A stretch of 64,000 nucleotides of DNA from NCBI GenBank assembly GCA_963747235.1, contig CAVVEU010000014.1, forward strand, positions 32,001 through 96,000, written 5' to 3'. Within the stretch, counting starts at the first letter, position 1, and each line of letters starts with the position of its first letter. Of this stretch, positions 1-10,590 are shown piece by piece. Origin of the DNA: an uncultured Candidatus Rokubacteria bacterium (GTDB taxonomy: Bacteria > Methylomirabilota > Methylomirabilia > Rokubacteriales > CSP1-6). The position numbers and the translations under genes were made by a program. The notes beneath the pieces are model-generated. The model had not been told where the DNA came from, ran no database searches, and was given only the letters and a program-made list of their open reading frames with translations.

Positions 1-24
1 AGCTGCGTCGATTGCCGCTCGATG

Positions 25-1020
25 CTAGCGCGTCCTGTTGCGCAGATGAGACAGGATTCGGTCGATCCTGTCGGGCAGAGGACACGAAAAGTCCATCGGC
101 GCGCCCGTCGTCGGGTGCGCGAACGCGAGACCCGCCGCGTGGAGCGCCACTCCCCCGAGCTCGGCGATCAGCTCGGTCAGCCGGGCATCCCCGGCCGGCG
201 CCGCGCGGCGACCCCGGTAGGTGTCGTCGCCCAGGAGCGGGATGCCCCAGCGAGGCCAGGTGCACGCGAATCTGATGGGTGCGCCCGGTCTCGAGCCGGC
301 ACTCGATCAAGGACACCGCCCCCGCCGCGGCGCCGAAGCGCTCGAGCACGCGGAAGTGCGTGACCGCGCGCTTGCCCTTGCCCTCCTTCAGCACCGCCAT
401 GCGCAGGCGCGAGTGCGGGTCGCGCCCGATGGCCGTGTCGATCACGCCCTGGGCCCGCCGCACCGAGCCCTGGGCCAGGCAGAGATAGCGCCGGCTGACG
501 GTGCGCCGCGCGAGCTGGGCGGTGAGGGCGTCATAGGCCGCCTGGGTCTTGGCCAGCACGATCAGCCCGGAGGTGCCCTTGTCCAGGCGGTGCACGATCC
601 CCGGTCGGCGGGGGCTGCCGACCCCGGCCATCGCCGGGCGCGTGCGCGAGCGCGGCCGCGGCCAGCGTGCCGGTGGGCCGCCCGGCCCCCGGATGCGTCA
701 CCATGCCCACCGGCTTGTCCACGACGAGCACGTGCTCGTCCTCGAACACGATGGTGAGCGCGACCGCCTCCGGCGGCCAGCCCATCCCGGGGCGGCGGCG
801 GGATCGACACCTCCACCGCGTCGCCCGCCTGCAGCCGGTACGAGGCCTTCACCACCCGCCCGCCGACCACCACGCGCCCCGCCTCGATCAGCCCCTTCAC
901 GCGCATCCGCGACAGGCCTTCGAGCCGTGCCGCCAGCCACACGTCCAGCCGCGCGCCCTCGTCCGCCGCATTCACGACGCCATGCCAGTCCCGGGGGAGA
1001 TCCGCCTCGGCGTCGCTCAT
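25..1020 (-). CDS. rluD: RluA/RluD family 23S rRNA pseudouridine synthase (about 3 apparent frameshifts)
   Basis: S4-like N-terminus (RLDVWLA...GRVVVGG), then VVDKPVGMVTHPGAG, HRLD and LETGRTHQIRVH motifs in successive frames. TAG at 25-27. Indels near 785, 640 and 240. Confidence 0.88.
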
Positions 1021-1063
1021 CGGGACCCGGTCGCTGCCCGGGCAACCGCGCCGCGCACGGAGA

Positions 1064-1540
1064 TCAGCGAGACGGGGAGGGCGGCGCCGTGAGCATGCGG
1101 AGCGCCAGCAGCACCACGCCGACGGAGATGGACGCGTCCGCCACGTTGAAGGCCGGCCAGTGGTAGCCGCGCCAGTAGAAGTCGAGGAAGTCCACCACCG
1201 CGCCGAAGCGCGCGCGGTCGATCAGGTTGCCGACCGCGCCGCCGAAGATGAGCCCCAGGGCGAGCGGGGTGAGCCGCCCGCCCGTCGGCAGCATGCGCAG
1301 GCCCACGACCGCCAGCACCCCGAGCGCGCCGATCGACAGCAGGGCCACGAGCCAGCGCCAGCCCGCGGGCGTGCCCGCGAGCATCCCGAAGGCGAGACCG
1401 GGATTCATCACGAGGGTGAGGGAGAAGAACGCGTCGATCACGTGGACCGGGCGGCCGGGGGCCAGGCGCTCGAGCGCCAGGTGCTTGGTGACCAGATCCA
1501 GGACGAGGACGACGACCGCGGTGAGGCCGGCCGACCTCAC
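1064..1540 (-). CDS. lspA: Lipoprotein signal peptidase II
   Basis: C-terminal part of ORF 1064..2851 has NPGLAFG, GNLIDR, VVDFLD and WPAFNVAD. The GTG start overlaps the ileS stop (GTGA). Confidence 0.93.
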   Translation of the reverse strand: MRSAGLTAVVVLVLDLVTKHLALERLAPGRPVHVIDAFFSLTLVMNPGLAFGMLAGTPAGWRWLVALLSIGALGVLAVVGLRMLPTGGRLTPLALGLIFGGAVGNLIDRARFGAVVDFLDFYWRGYHWPAFNVADASISVGVVLLALRMLTAPPSPSR

Positions 1541-4383
1541 CGCTGGAGCGCCGTCACGACCGGGGCGCAGCGCTCGCAGAGGGTCGGGTGCGCGGAGTCC
1601 TCGCCCACGCGCGGGCTCCAGGTCCAGCAGCGCTCGCACTTCTTCCAGCCGAGGGTCTGCGCGGGCACGACCTCGAGGACGAGGCCGGGGATGTCCTGGC
1701 TCTCGTACCGCACCGCCTCCCCCGGGGCCCGCTGCTTGAGCCGCGTCCCGGAGACGTTGAAGAGGGTGGTGAGCAGGGCTTCCCCCTTGGCCTCGAGCAG
1801 CGGGAGCCACTGCTCCTCGGGCGCGCTCGGGACGTAGAGGACCGCGTCGATGCCCTTGCCGATCTTCCCCTGCTGGCGGGCGGCCTCGAGCGCGCGCGAG
1901 ACCTCGCCGCGCACCTCGAGCAGCCGATCCCAGTCCGCGCTGAGCCGCTCGTTCAGCCACTCCCCGCGCTCCTCGGGGAAGGTGACGAGGTGCACGCTCT
2001 CCGGCTTGCCGCGCCCCGGGATGTGCGACCACACCTCGTCGGAGGTGAAGGTCAGGATCGGCGCCATCAGCCGCGTCAGCGCGGTCAGCACCTCGAAGCA
2101 GACGGTCTGCGAGGCGCGCCGGCGCGAGTCGTCGGGCGCGGACACGTAGAGCCGGTCCTTGATGATGTCGAGGTAGAGCGACGAGAGATCCACCGCGCAG
2201 AAGTTGTGGATGGCGTGGAACGCGACGTGGAACTGGTAGTCCTCGTACGCCCGCCGCACCCGCGCGATCAGCCCGCCCAGCCGCAGCAGGGCCCAGTGGT
2301 CGAGCTCGTCCATGTCGCCGTACGGGCGCCGGTCGCGCTCCGGGTCGAAGTCGGCCAGGGTGCCGAGGAGGAAGCGCGAGGTGTTCCGGATCCGCCGGTA
2401 GGCGTCGGCGAGCCGGTTCAGGATCTCGTTCGAGAGCCGGATGTCCTCGGACGAATCCTCCGCCGCCACCCACAGGCGCAGGACCTCGGCGCCGTACTTC
2501 GGGATCAGCTCGTCGGGGGAGATGTTGTTGCCGCCCGACTTGGACATCTTCCGCCCCGCGCCGTCCACCACGAAGCCGTGGGTGAGGACGGAGCGATAGG
2601 GCGGCTTGTCGCGCGTGCCCACCGCCTCGAGCAGCGAGGAGTGGAACCAGCCGCGATGCTGGTCCGAGCCCTCCAGGTACATCTCGGCGGGCCAGCGCAG
2701 CTCCGGCCGGGTCTCCAGCACCGCGGCGTGGCTGCAGCCGGAGTCGAACCACACGTCGAGGATGTCGGTCTCCTTGCGGAACTCCCCGCCGCCGCACGCC
2801 GGACAGCGCGTGCCCGCGGGCAGGAGCGCGGCCGCCTCCCGCGTGTACCACTCATCCGCGCCCGCGCCGTCGCGCATGATCCCGGCCACGTGCGCGATCA
2901 GCGCCTCGTCGAGGAGCAGCCCCTCGCAGCTCGTGCAGTAGAAGGCGACGATGGGCACGCCCCACACGCGCTGGCGGGAGATGACCCACTCCGGCCGGTG
3001 CGCGACCATGTTGTAGATGCGCTCCTCGCCCCAGCCCGGGATCCACGTCACCTCGTTCCGGATCGCGTCGAGCGCCTTCTGGCGCAGCCCGTGGCGGTCC
3101 AGCGCGATGAACCACTGCTCGGTGGCGCGGAACAGCGTCGGGTTCTTGCAGCGCCAGCAGTGCGGGTAGGTGTGCTGGAGCGGCACCTGGGCCACGAGCG
3201 CGCCGGCCCCGCGCAGGTGCTCGATGATGCGCGGGTTCGCCTCCCAGACGGTCTGGCCCGCGAAGTAGGCGACCTCGGGGATGAAGCGCCCGTCGTCGTC
3301 CACCGGGTTGTAGATCTTGAGGCCGGCCCGTCGGCCGAGCTCGTAGTCTTCCTCACCGTGGCCGGGCGCGATGTGGACCAGGCCGGTGCCCGCGTCCATC
3401 GCCACGAAGTCCGCGGTGAGCACCGGCGCGTCGCGATCGATCCACGGGTGCCGGGCCACCATCCCCTCGAGCGCCTGCCCCGGCACCGCGAGCGGCAGCG
3501 CGGCGCCGAGCCCCTTCACGCCGGGCAGGCGCAGGAAGGCCTCGAGCAGCGGCTGGGCGACGACGAGGGCCTGGCCGTCGAGCTCCACCGCGGTGTAGGT
3601 CTCGGTCGGGTGCACCGCGATCGCGAGGTTGGCGGGCAGGGTCCACGGCGTGGTCGTCCAGATCACGAGCGAGACCGGCCGGCCGCCGACCGCGCGGGCG
3701 ATCTCCGCGGGCACCGTCTTGACCGGGAACTTCACGTAGACCGAGGGCGTGGTCTGGTCCTCGTACTCCACCTCGGCCTGGGCGAGCGCGGTCTTGCAGT
3801 GCATGCACCAGTGCACGGGCTTGAGGCCCTTGTGCACCAGGTCGCGGCCCACGAAGCGCCCGAACTCGCGCACGATCACCGCCTGGTAGGCGGGCGCCAT
3901 CGTCCGGTAGGGATCGCTCCAGTCGCCGAACACGCCCAGGCGCCGGAACTCCTCGCGCTGGATGTCGATGAACTTGGACGCGTACTCGCGGCAGCGGCGG
4001 CGCTTCTCCATGGGGTCCATGGCCTGGCGCACGTCCACGCTCGCCTGGTCGAGGCCGAGCTCCTTGTCCACCTGGTGCTCGATCGGCAGCCCGTGGCAGT
4101 CCCACCCCGGCACGTAGACCGCGTTGTGGCCCAGCATGGCGCGCGATTTCACGACGAGATCCTTGAGGATCTTGTTCAGCGCGGTGCCCATGTGGATGTG
4201 GCCGTTCGCGTACGGGGGCCCGTCGTGGAGGATCCACAGGGGACGGTTCGCCGAGGCCTGCCGGATCCGCCCGTAGATGTCCATCGCCGCCCAGCGCTCG
4301 AGCCATTCCGGCTCCATCTTGGGCAGGTTGGCCTTCATGGGAAAGGCGGTCTTGGGCAGGTTTAGCGTGTCCTTGTAATCCAT
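1537..4383 (-). CDS. ileS: Isoleucine--tRNA ligase
   Basis: 948 aa with [15 protein letters not shown] (HIGH), WTTTPWT, KMSKS and a C-terminal CERC..CERC zinc motif. Confidence 0.98.
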   Translation of the reverse strand: MDYKDTLNLPKTAFPMKANLPKMEPEWLERWAAMDIYGRIRQASANRPLWILHDGPPYANGHIHMGTALNKILKDLVVKSRAMLGHNAVYVPGWDCHGLPIEHQVDKELGLDQASVDVRQAMDPMEKRRRCREYASKFIDIQREEFRRLGVFGDWSDPYRTMAPAYQAVIVREFGRFVGRDLVHKGLKPVHWCMHCKTALAQAEVEYEDQTTPSVYVKFPVKTVPAEIARAVGGRPVSLVIWTTTPWTLPANLAIAVHPTETYTAVELDGQALVVAQPLLEAFLRLPGVKGLGAALPLAVPGQALEGMVARHPWIDRDAPVLTADFVAMDAGTGLVHIAPGHGEEDYELGRRAGLKIYNPVDDDGRFIPEVAYFAGQTVWEANPRIIEHLRGAGALVAQVPLQHTYPHCWRCKNPTLFRATEQWFIALDRHGLRQKALDAIRNEVTWIPGWGEERIYNMVAHRPEWVISRQRVWGVPIVAFYCTSCEGLLLDEALIAHVAGIMRDGAGADEWYTREAAALLPAGTRCPACGGGEFRKETDILDVWFDSGCSHAAVLETRPELRWPAEMYLEGSDQHRGWFHSSLLEAVGTRDKPPYRSVLTHGFVVDGAGRKMSKSGGNNISPDELIPKYGAEVLRLWVAAEDSSEDIRLSNEILNRLADAYRRIRNTSRFLLGTLADFDPERDRRPYGDMDELDHWALLRLGGLIARVRRAYEDYQFHVAFHAIHNFCAVDLSSLYLDIIKDRLYVSAPDDSRRRASQTVCFEVLTALTRLMAPILTFTSDEVWSHIPGRGKPESVHLVTFPEERGEWLNERLSADWDRLLEVRGEVSRALEAARQQGKIGKGIDAVLYVPSAPEEQWLPLLEAKGEALLTTLFNVSGTRLKQRAPGEAVRYESQDIPGLVLEVVPAQTLGWKKCERCWTWSPRVGEDSAHPTLCERCAPVVTALQR

Positions 4384-4454
4384 AGAGGGGTAACGCTAGC
4401 ACTCCTCAGGGGTCCCGGCAAGAACGGGGCCCCCCGGAGCGGGCCGACGGCGGG

Positions 4455-5084
4455 CTACTTCTTGGGGGTCAGCGTGACGACGCGGGCGGCGCTGTCGATC
4501 GTGACGATGAAGTGGTCGAGGAAGTCGCGACCGAGCAGGCCGTCGCGACCCGCGCCGAGGCCGGAATCGTGCGAGACGACCATCAGCGGGCCGACCCGGG
4601 CGCCTTCCACCTCGATGCTCTCGATCCGCACCGCGAGGACGTTGGCGTCGCCGGTCACACCCTTGATCGAGCCGCGGACGGCATCCCGGTAGCTGATGCC
4701 CAGCGCGGCCAGGGCGGTGGGGCTGATCAGCGTCCCCTGGGCTCCCGTGTCGAGGATGAGCTGGGTGGTGCCGCCGCCGTTGATCTTGGCGGACACCATG
4801 ATCGGCTGGCCGGGCGTGAACGGGATACGGGCCACCCCCACCGGGGCGCTCGGCGCCGCGGGCTCGGGTGTGGCGGGAGCGGGCGGCGGGGCCTGGCTCG
4901 GCGAGCCCACGATGACCGCCCCGCCGCGGAGCTGCGGCGGCACGCTGTTGATGCCCTGCGAGAAGCGCACCTCACCCCGCTCGTCGGTCCAGCGGTAGAT
5001 CTGCGCGGACGCGGGCGCGATCGCGCCCGACAGCAAGCTGCCGAGCGCCAGGCCCGTCGCGAGGAGGGGGAGGAGACCTTTCAT
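4455..5084 (-). CDS. Exported DUF4124-like plus retropepsin-like aspartyl protease
   Basis: Signal peptide MKGLLPLL..ASAQ, IYRWTDERG, ILDTGA catalytic motif and GLLGRDFL. Confidence 0.8.
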   Translation of the reverse strand: MKGLLPLLATGLALGSLLSGAIAPASAQIYRWTDERGEVRFSQGINSVPPQLRGGAVIVGSPSQAPPPAPATPEPAAPSAPVGVARIPFTPGQPIMVSAKINGGGTTQLILDTGAQGTLISPTALAALGISYRDAVRGSIKGVTGDANVLAVRIESIEVEGARVGPLMVVSHDSGLGAGRDGLLGRDFLDHFIVTIDSAARVVTLTPKK

Positions 5085-6742
5085 GGATACCTGATGGCAA
5101 TTATACGGTTCCGGGGAATTTCCACGGGCGCCTCCCGTGGAGGCCCCAGGCTCCGGGCCAGGGCTCCCGGACAGGGCTGACGGGCAGCGCGCCACCGGCT
5201 CCAGGCGGTCTCGTAGACCACCAGCTCGTCGGCCCCCGCCACCTCGTTGTGAGCGAGCCTCACGCGGTACACGGGATGGAAGCGCTCGGCCATCGCCGAG
5301 ATGGTCGGGAACCAGGCCGGGAAGACGATCAGGTAGTCGGGGCAGGCCTGCTCGAGATAGCGCAGGACGCCCGTCTCGCCATCCCGGCGGAACGGGATGA
5401 TGGCGGGCGTGACCAGGCCCATCACGTCCACGACCTCGCGGCGCGAGATGTAGGCGATCGCGCCCACGTCGTTCAGCCCGATGCGCGCCGTGGGGGGCGT
5501 GTGGCTCGCGACCCAGTGGCCGAGATGCACCTGCATCGCCTCGATGTTCTGGACCGCCCAGCCGTGGCGCGTCGCCGCGGACGGCAGCGCCGCGACGGCG
5601 GCGATGAGGAGCGCGGCGGCGGCGATCCATCCCGCGCGTCCCCTCACCCATCCAAGCCCCCTCACCCATCCAAGCCCCCTCACCCTGCCCTCTCCCCCGG
5701 AGGGGGAGAGGGAGAAGAGCGGGGTGAGGGGGACGATGGCGACGACGAGGGCGAGCGGAAGGAGGTGGATGGAGTAGCGGCCCTCCTGGAAGGACGGGGC
5801 GCGGTAGGGTGCGAGCAGGGCCATCGCGAGCGGATGGAGCACGAGCACGGAGGCGGGCGCCAGCGCCGCGCGGCCGACGTGACGCCCGAGCCACCAGAGC
5901 CCCGGCAGCAGCAGGAGCGGCAGCAGCGCGTCCACCCGCCACAGCCAGCGCACCCATTCCGTCTCGAATTGCCACGGCCGCCCGAGCAGCGTCGTGTGGA
6001 GCGGCTCGCGCACGCCCGCGAGAAACCCGACGAGGCCGCCCTCGATCTTCGCCGCCGCCGTGGCCGGCAGCGGGGTCCCGGTCGTGACCAGATTGAAGAC
6101 GACCCAGGGCGCCAGGAGCCCCGCGACCGGAAGGCCCCACGCCAGCGCGCGCCGCCCCGTGAGCGAGCCGCCCAGCCAGAAAAGCGGCAACAGCAGGGCG
6201 GTCTCGGGGCGAGCGAGCGCGGCAAGCCCGAGCGCGGCGCCCGCCGCCCAGGTGCCGCCGCGCGCGTGCCGCACGAGGGCGGCCGTCACCAGCAGCGCGG
6301 CGAGCGTGACCTCCATGCCGGACAGCGCGCCCCACACCATCGGCCCGGCCAGCGCGACGAGCACGGAGGCGAGGACGGCGACGTCGTGGCGCCCCGCCCA
6401 GATCAGGGCCAGGCGGCCGGCCAGCCACGCGGTCCCGAGCGTGGCGGCGATCCCCAGCGCCTTCGCCAGCACCGGGTGGCTGCCGAACACCGCGAACACC
6501 GCGCCGAGCGCGAGAGTCCAGAGCGGCGCGGTCGAGCCCGATACCGGCACGCCCGGGTTGTAGGAGAAGCCGCGCCCCTCGGCCAGATTCCGCGCGAACT
6601 GCATGTGGATCCACGAATCGTCGAGCGGGAAAGCCTCCACGCCGAGCACGCCCGCGAGCTCACGCGTTCTCAGCAGGAAGAAGCCGATCGCCAGGGCGAG
6701 GGCGGCGACCGGGGCGGCGACGGCGAGCGTCCGGCCCCTCAC
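5081..6742 (-). CDS. Multi-TM GT-C-fold-like membrane glycosyltransferase
   Basis: DDSWIHMQFARNLAEGRG, SGME, LARPE and DVMGLV motifs with many hydrophobic helices. The GTG start overlaps the upstream stop. Confidence 0.7.
   Translation of the reverse strand: MRGRTLAVAAPVAALALAIGFFLLRTRELAGVLGVEAFPLDDSWIHMQFARNLAEGRGFSYNPGVPVSGSTAPLWTLALGAVFAVFGSHPVLAKALGIAATLGTAWLAGRLALIWAGRHDVAVLASVLVALAGPMVWGALSGMEVTLAALLVTAALVRHARGGTWAAGAALGLAALARPETALLLPLFWLGGSLTGRRALAWGLPVAGLLAPWVVFNLVTTGTPLPATAAAKIEGGLVGFLAGVREPLHTTLLGRPWQFETEWVRWLWRVDALLPLLLLPGLWWLGRHVGRAALAPASVLVLHPLAMALLAPYRAPSFQEGRYSIHLLPLALVVAIVPLTPLFSLSPSGGEGRVRGLGWVRGLGWVRGRAGWIAAAALLIAAVAALPSAATRHGWAVQNIEAMQVHLGHWVASHTPPTARIGLNDVGAIAYISRREVVDVMGLVTPAIIPFRRDGETGVLRYLEQACPDYLIVFPAWFPTISAMAERFHPVYRVRLAHNEVAGADELVVYETAWSRWRAARQPCPGALARSLGPPREAPVEIPRNRIIAIRYP
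5640..5731. repeat. Palindromic REP-like element plus 18-bp tandem repeat inside a CDS
   Basis: CCCCTCACCCATCCAAGC x2, then CCCCTCACCCTGCCCTCTCCCCCGGAGGGGGAGAGGGAGA, then GGGGTGAGGGG. Confidence 0.8.
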
Positions 6743-8349
6743 CGGGCGGCGCGCTCGAAGGTGTAGCCGGCGTACTCGGCGGGTGTGCGGGTGAGCGGCA
6801 GGACGTAGAGATAGCGGCCGTACGGGAGCTGGACTTCCCGCAGTCCGTCGGGCCGCGGTGTCGCCGGATCCCAGTGGTCCACGAACCAGACGAGCCGTCG
6901 AATCTCGGCGGGCAGCCGGATGTGCGAGCCCGGCGTGAGGATCATGGTGGCGGAGGACTGCGGCGCGTAGAAGCCGGGGGGCATCGGACCGACCTGCACC
7001 TGGTAGATCGGGTACTCCGGCATGTAGAACATCGCGTGGCGCAGCCACGGGTAGGAGCGCGGATTGCCGAGCTCGGTCACGAGCGCGGTATCGGAGGGCT
7101 CGTAGACGGTGCGGATGGTCTCGACGTAGGTGCGGATCACCGCCTCGTGCTCACGCAGCGCGGCCGCGGTGCGGCTCATGATCCAGTCGTGGAACTCGTC
7201 GCGCGCCCGCCAGATCCACCGATCGCCCCCGGCCCGGTGCTCGAACTCACGCGGCAACGGACGCGCGCTCACGAAGAAGCCGGTGTTGATCAGCACCAGC
7301 GGCAGCACCGCGGCGGCGGTGAGCGCCCAGCGCCAGTTGGGCCGGCGCAGCCGCTCGGAGCCCGCCGCGACCGCCCACACGAGGACCCGGCTCAGCAGGA
7401 TCACGAGCGCGGGCAGGAAGGTCAGCACGTAGCCCGCCTGCCCGAAGTGCACGAGCGTATAGAAGATACCCGCCGGAAGCATCCACGCGAGCAGGAAGAG
7501 CTCGGGCGCGCGCCAGCCCACGCGGCGCGCGTACACCGGCAACGCGAGCGCCACCAGGCCGAGCGGGCCGAGCCCGACCAGGGTGGACTCGAGCAGGTAG
7601 CGCACCTGGGCGAGCGTGACCTCGAGCGAGCCGCCGAGCACCGAGGTCGGGAAGAGCACCGAGCCGTAGAGCTGCGTGGAAGCGGACAGGTAGGCGGCGG
7701 GACCACCGCTCAGCCACACCATCGGCACGAGCCAGGCGAGCACGGAGGCGACCAGGATCCCGCCCGCCAGCGCCAGGCGGCGCCGCGAGCGGACACCCCA
7801 CAGCGCGCACCCGAGCCAGAGCGGCAGGAGCAGGAGCAGCACCGACTGCCGCACGCCGCCGGTGAGACCCAAGGCCAGCGCGCCACAGTAGAGATGCCGC
7901 ACGCTGCCGCCGAGCGTGGCGTAAGCGAACCAGGCCACCACCGACGCGGCGAACGCTTCGCCGGCATAGGTGAGGCCCACCGAGCCGTAGAACCAGAAGA
8001 GCGGGCTGACCGCCAGCAGCGACGCCGCCACCAGCGCGGTGGCGCGATCGTAGAGCCGGCGCGCCAGCGCGTAGAGGACAAAGGTGGAGCCGGCGCTGAA
8101 GAGCATCGCGAGCGCCACGTAGGCCAGGGTGGGATCGCCGAGCGAGGCGTTGAGCAGACGGCCCAGCGCGACGTAGAGAAGGTAGCCCGGCGGATGCGGC
8201 TGGTGCTTGGCGACGTCGAACTCGCGGAGCGCGAGGGCGAACTGGACCGCGTCCCAGTTGTAGAGCATGCGGGCGCGATAGGGCCAGCGCGAGAGGAGCG
8301 TGACGACGGCAAGTCCCAGCGCCAGGCACAGGTCGCCGTGGCGCGCCAC
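6739..8349 (-). CDS. ArnT/DUF2723-like GT-C membrane protein
   Basis: 536 aa with WDAVQFALA..HQPHPPGY and many TM segments. Confidence 0.7.
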   Translation of the reverse strand: MARHGDLCLALGLAVVTLLSRWPYRARMLYNWDAVQFALALREFDVAKHQPHPPGYLLYVALGRLLNASLGDPTLAYVALAMLFSAGSTFVLYALARRLYDRATALVAASLLAVSPLFWFYGSVGLTYAGEAFAASVVAWFAYATLGGSVRHLYCGALALGLTGGVRQSVLLLLLPLWLGCALWGVRSRRRLALAGGILVASVLAWLVPMVWLSGGPAAYLSASTQLYGSVLFPTSVLGGSLEVTLAQVRYLLESTLVGLGPLGLVALALPVYARRVGWRAPELFLLAWMLPAGIFYTLVHFGQAGYVLTFLPALVILLSRVLVWAVAAGSERLRRPNWRWALTAAAVLPLVLINTGFFVSARPLPREFEHRAGGDRWIWRARDEFHDWIMSRTAAALREHEAVIRTYVETIRTVYEPSDTALVTELGNPRSYPWLRHAMFYMPEYPIYQVQVGPMPPGFYAPQSSATMILTPGSHIRLPAEIRRLVWFVDHWDPATPRPDGLREVQLPYGRYLYVLPLTRTPAEYAGYTFERAAR

Positions 8350-8410
8350 GCGGGCGATGCGAGAGGAGTCGAGGAGGCGGCGGGTGACGAAGTGCTTCAG
8401 GGGAGCGGAA

Positions 8411-8602
8411 CTACGCCTTCTTCTCGTCGTCCTTCTTCACCGCGGCGGCCGTGTCATCTTCCTTCACCTCGGCCACGCCCTTCTTGAACTCCTTGATGCT
8501 GCCGCCGAGCGAACGGGCCAGATCGGGGAGACGCTGGGCCCCGAAGAGGATCAGTACGATGACCAGGATCAACAGCAGCTCTTGATATCCCAAACCGAAC
8601 AT
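8411..8602 (-). CDS. tatA: Twin-arginine translocase TatA/TatE
   Basis: MFGLGYQELLLILVIVLILFGAQRLPDLARSLGGSIKEFKKG, with a purine-rich AAAGGAG SD upstream. Confidence 0.93.
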   Translation of the reverse strand: MFGLGYQELLLILVIVLILFGAQRLPDLARSLGGSIKEFKKGVAEVKEDDTAAAVKKDDEKKA

Positions 8603-8639
8603 GGCGGGACTCCTTTCCTTTTCCTGACGCCCCCTTACC

Positions 8640-10574
8640 CTACGCGCCCACCCCGGGGTTGTCAACGCGGCCGTGGCCGTCCCGGAGCACCCGGCGCTCC
8701 CCGACCCGCACGGTCACGCGCTGGGTGTCGAAGTACTCCATGAGGGGGATGGCGTACTTCCGGCTGACCCCGAAGAGGTCCTTGAAGTCGGCCGGCCCGA
8801 TCTCCTTCTTCTGGCGCAGGAAGGCCACGAGCTGCTCCTGGATGGTCCGGAGCGCCTCGGCGTGAAAGAAGAGCGATTCTTTCACGCGCAGCAGGGTCCG
8901 ATCCGCGACCAGGACCTGGAAGAGCTCGTGCTTCTCCGTGCCCTTGACGCCCAGCCGGCCCAGGGCCTCCTCCGGGTTCGGGGGCGCGGCGCCCGCGGCG
9001 CGGAAGTCGGCCTCGAGCCCCTTGACCACCCGCTCCTGGTCCGGGCTGAGCCGGATGGAGTGGGAGCCGAGCCGGACCTGGTCCCGCTCGCTCTTGACGA
9101 CCCCTTCCGCCTCCAGCGCGGTCAGGAGCTGGGTGAAGACCCGCTCCTGGGCATTGCCAACCCGGCTGCGCAGCTCCTCCCGGGAGATCCCGCCACGCAG
9201 GGGGTTCTCGGCATGGAAGGCCTCGAGGAGGCCCAGCGTCTGGGCGCGCAGGCGTTCGTTCGCGTCACGATGCAGATACCACTCGCGATCCACCGCGAGC
9301 ACACGGCCGTCATGCTGGAGCCGGTCGAGGAGCTGCCGGAGCTGGTCCGGGCCGAAGGGCGTCCGGGCCCGGAGATCGGCGACCCGCGCGCCCGCCACCC
9401 CGGCCTGCTTCAGATGCTCCTCCAGCACCACGGGAGGCTCGCCGGTGGCGAGCAGCGCCAGGTGGGCGGCGAGCGCGGGACCCTTCCGCTTGAAGCGCGG
9501 CGGCGCGATGTCGAGCACGGTGCCGCCGCCGATGGTCACGATGGGCGAGTAGGACCGCACCACGAAGCGATCCCCCGGCAGGGCCACCACCGGAGCCTCC
9601 AGCCGGAAGCGGGCATGACAGGATTCGCCGGGCGCGAGCTCGGGCCGGTCCACCGGCAGGACGCGCGCCATCACCTCCTGGGTGCCCACGTGGAAGCGGA
9701 CGCGGTCGCGCGTCTTGACGGGCCGCGGCGCGTCCTCCAGGAGCTCGAGGGTGCCGTCGAGCAGGAGCGTCGACACCAGGGCGCCGGCGGGCGCGAGGAC
9801 GTCGCCGCGCTCGATGGCCACGCGCTCCACGCCCTGGAGATTCACCGCGGTGCGCTGACCGGCGGTCGCCTGCGGGACGGTGTGGCCGTGCACCTGCAGG
9901 CCCCGCACCTTCGACTGAATGCCTCGCGGATACACCTCGACCTTGTCGTCGAGCGCGAAGCGCCCCGCGACCAGCGTGCCCGTCACCACGGTGCCGAACC
10001 CCTTCACGGTGAACACGCGGTCGATCGGGAGGCGAGCGGTGCGATCGGGATCCTTGGCGGGCACCGCGCGGGCCAGCTCCGCGAGCGCCGCGCGCAGCTC
10101 GGGCAGCCCCGCGCCCGTCTTCACCGACGCGGGGAGGATCGGGCAGCCCGCGAGGAAGGTGGGGGCGAGCGCGCGGCGCACGTCGTCGCGCACCAGCTCG
10201 ATCCAGTCGGGCTCGGCCAGATCCGCCTTGCTGAGGACCACGAGCCCCGACGTGATGCGCAGGAGCTGGCAGATAGCCAGGTGCTCGCGCGTCTGCGGCA
10301 TCACGCCCTCGTCGGCGGCGACCACCAGGAGCGCCAGATCGATGCCGCCCGCGCCGGCCAGCATGTTCTTCACGAAGCGCTCGTGGCCCGGCACGTCCAC
10401 GATCTCGATCACGAGCCCGTCGGGCTCCTCCAGGAACGCGAAGCCCAGGTCGATCGTGATGCCGCGCGCCTTCTCCTCCGGCAGCCGATCGGTGTCGGTG
10501 CCGGTGAGGGCTTTGACCAGCGAGGTTTTCCCGTGATCGATATGTCCGGCGGTGCCGACGACGACGTGTCGCAT
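8640..10574 (-). CDS. selB: Selenocysteine-specific elongation factor
   Basis: [20 protein letters not shown] and DVPGHERF, plus C-terminal winged-helix [13 protein letters not shown]. Confidence 0.97.
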   Translation of the reverse strand: MRHVVVGTAGHIDHGKTSLVKALTGTDTDRLPEEKARGITIDLGFAFLEEPDGLVIEIVDVPGHERFVKNMLAGAGGIDLALLVVAADEGVMPQTREHLAICQLLRITSGLVVLSKADLAEPDWIELVRDDVRRALAPTFLAGCPILPASVKTGAGLPELRAALAELARAVPAKDPDRTARLPIDRVFTVKGFGTVVTGTLVAGRFALDDKVEVYPRGIQSKVRGLQVHGHTVPQATAGQRTAVNLQGVERVAIERGDVLAPAGALVSTLLLDGTLELLEDAPRPVKTRDRVRFHVGTQEVMARVLPVDRPELAPGESCHARFRLEAPVVALPGDRFVVRSYSPIVTIGGGTVLDIAPPRFKRKGPALAAHLALLATGEPPVVLEEHLKQAGVAGARVADLRARTPFGPDQLRQLLDRLQHDGRVLAVDREWYLHRDANERLRAQTLGLLEAFHAENPLRGGISREELRSRVGNAQERVFTQLLTALEAEGVVKSERDQVRLGSHSIRLSPDQERVVKGLEADFRAAGAAPPNPEEALGRLGVKGTEKHELFQVLVADRTLLRVKESLFFHAEALRTIQEQLVAFLRQKKEIGPADFKDLFGVSRKYAIPLMEYFDTQRVTVRVGERRVLRDGHGRVDNPGVGA

Positions 10575-10590
10575 CGTAGCCGTCGACTTG

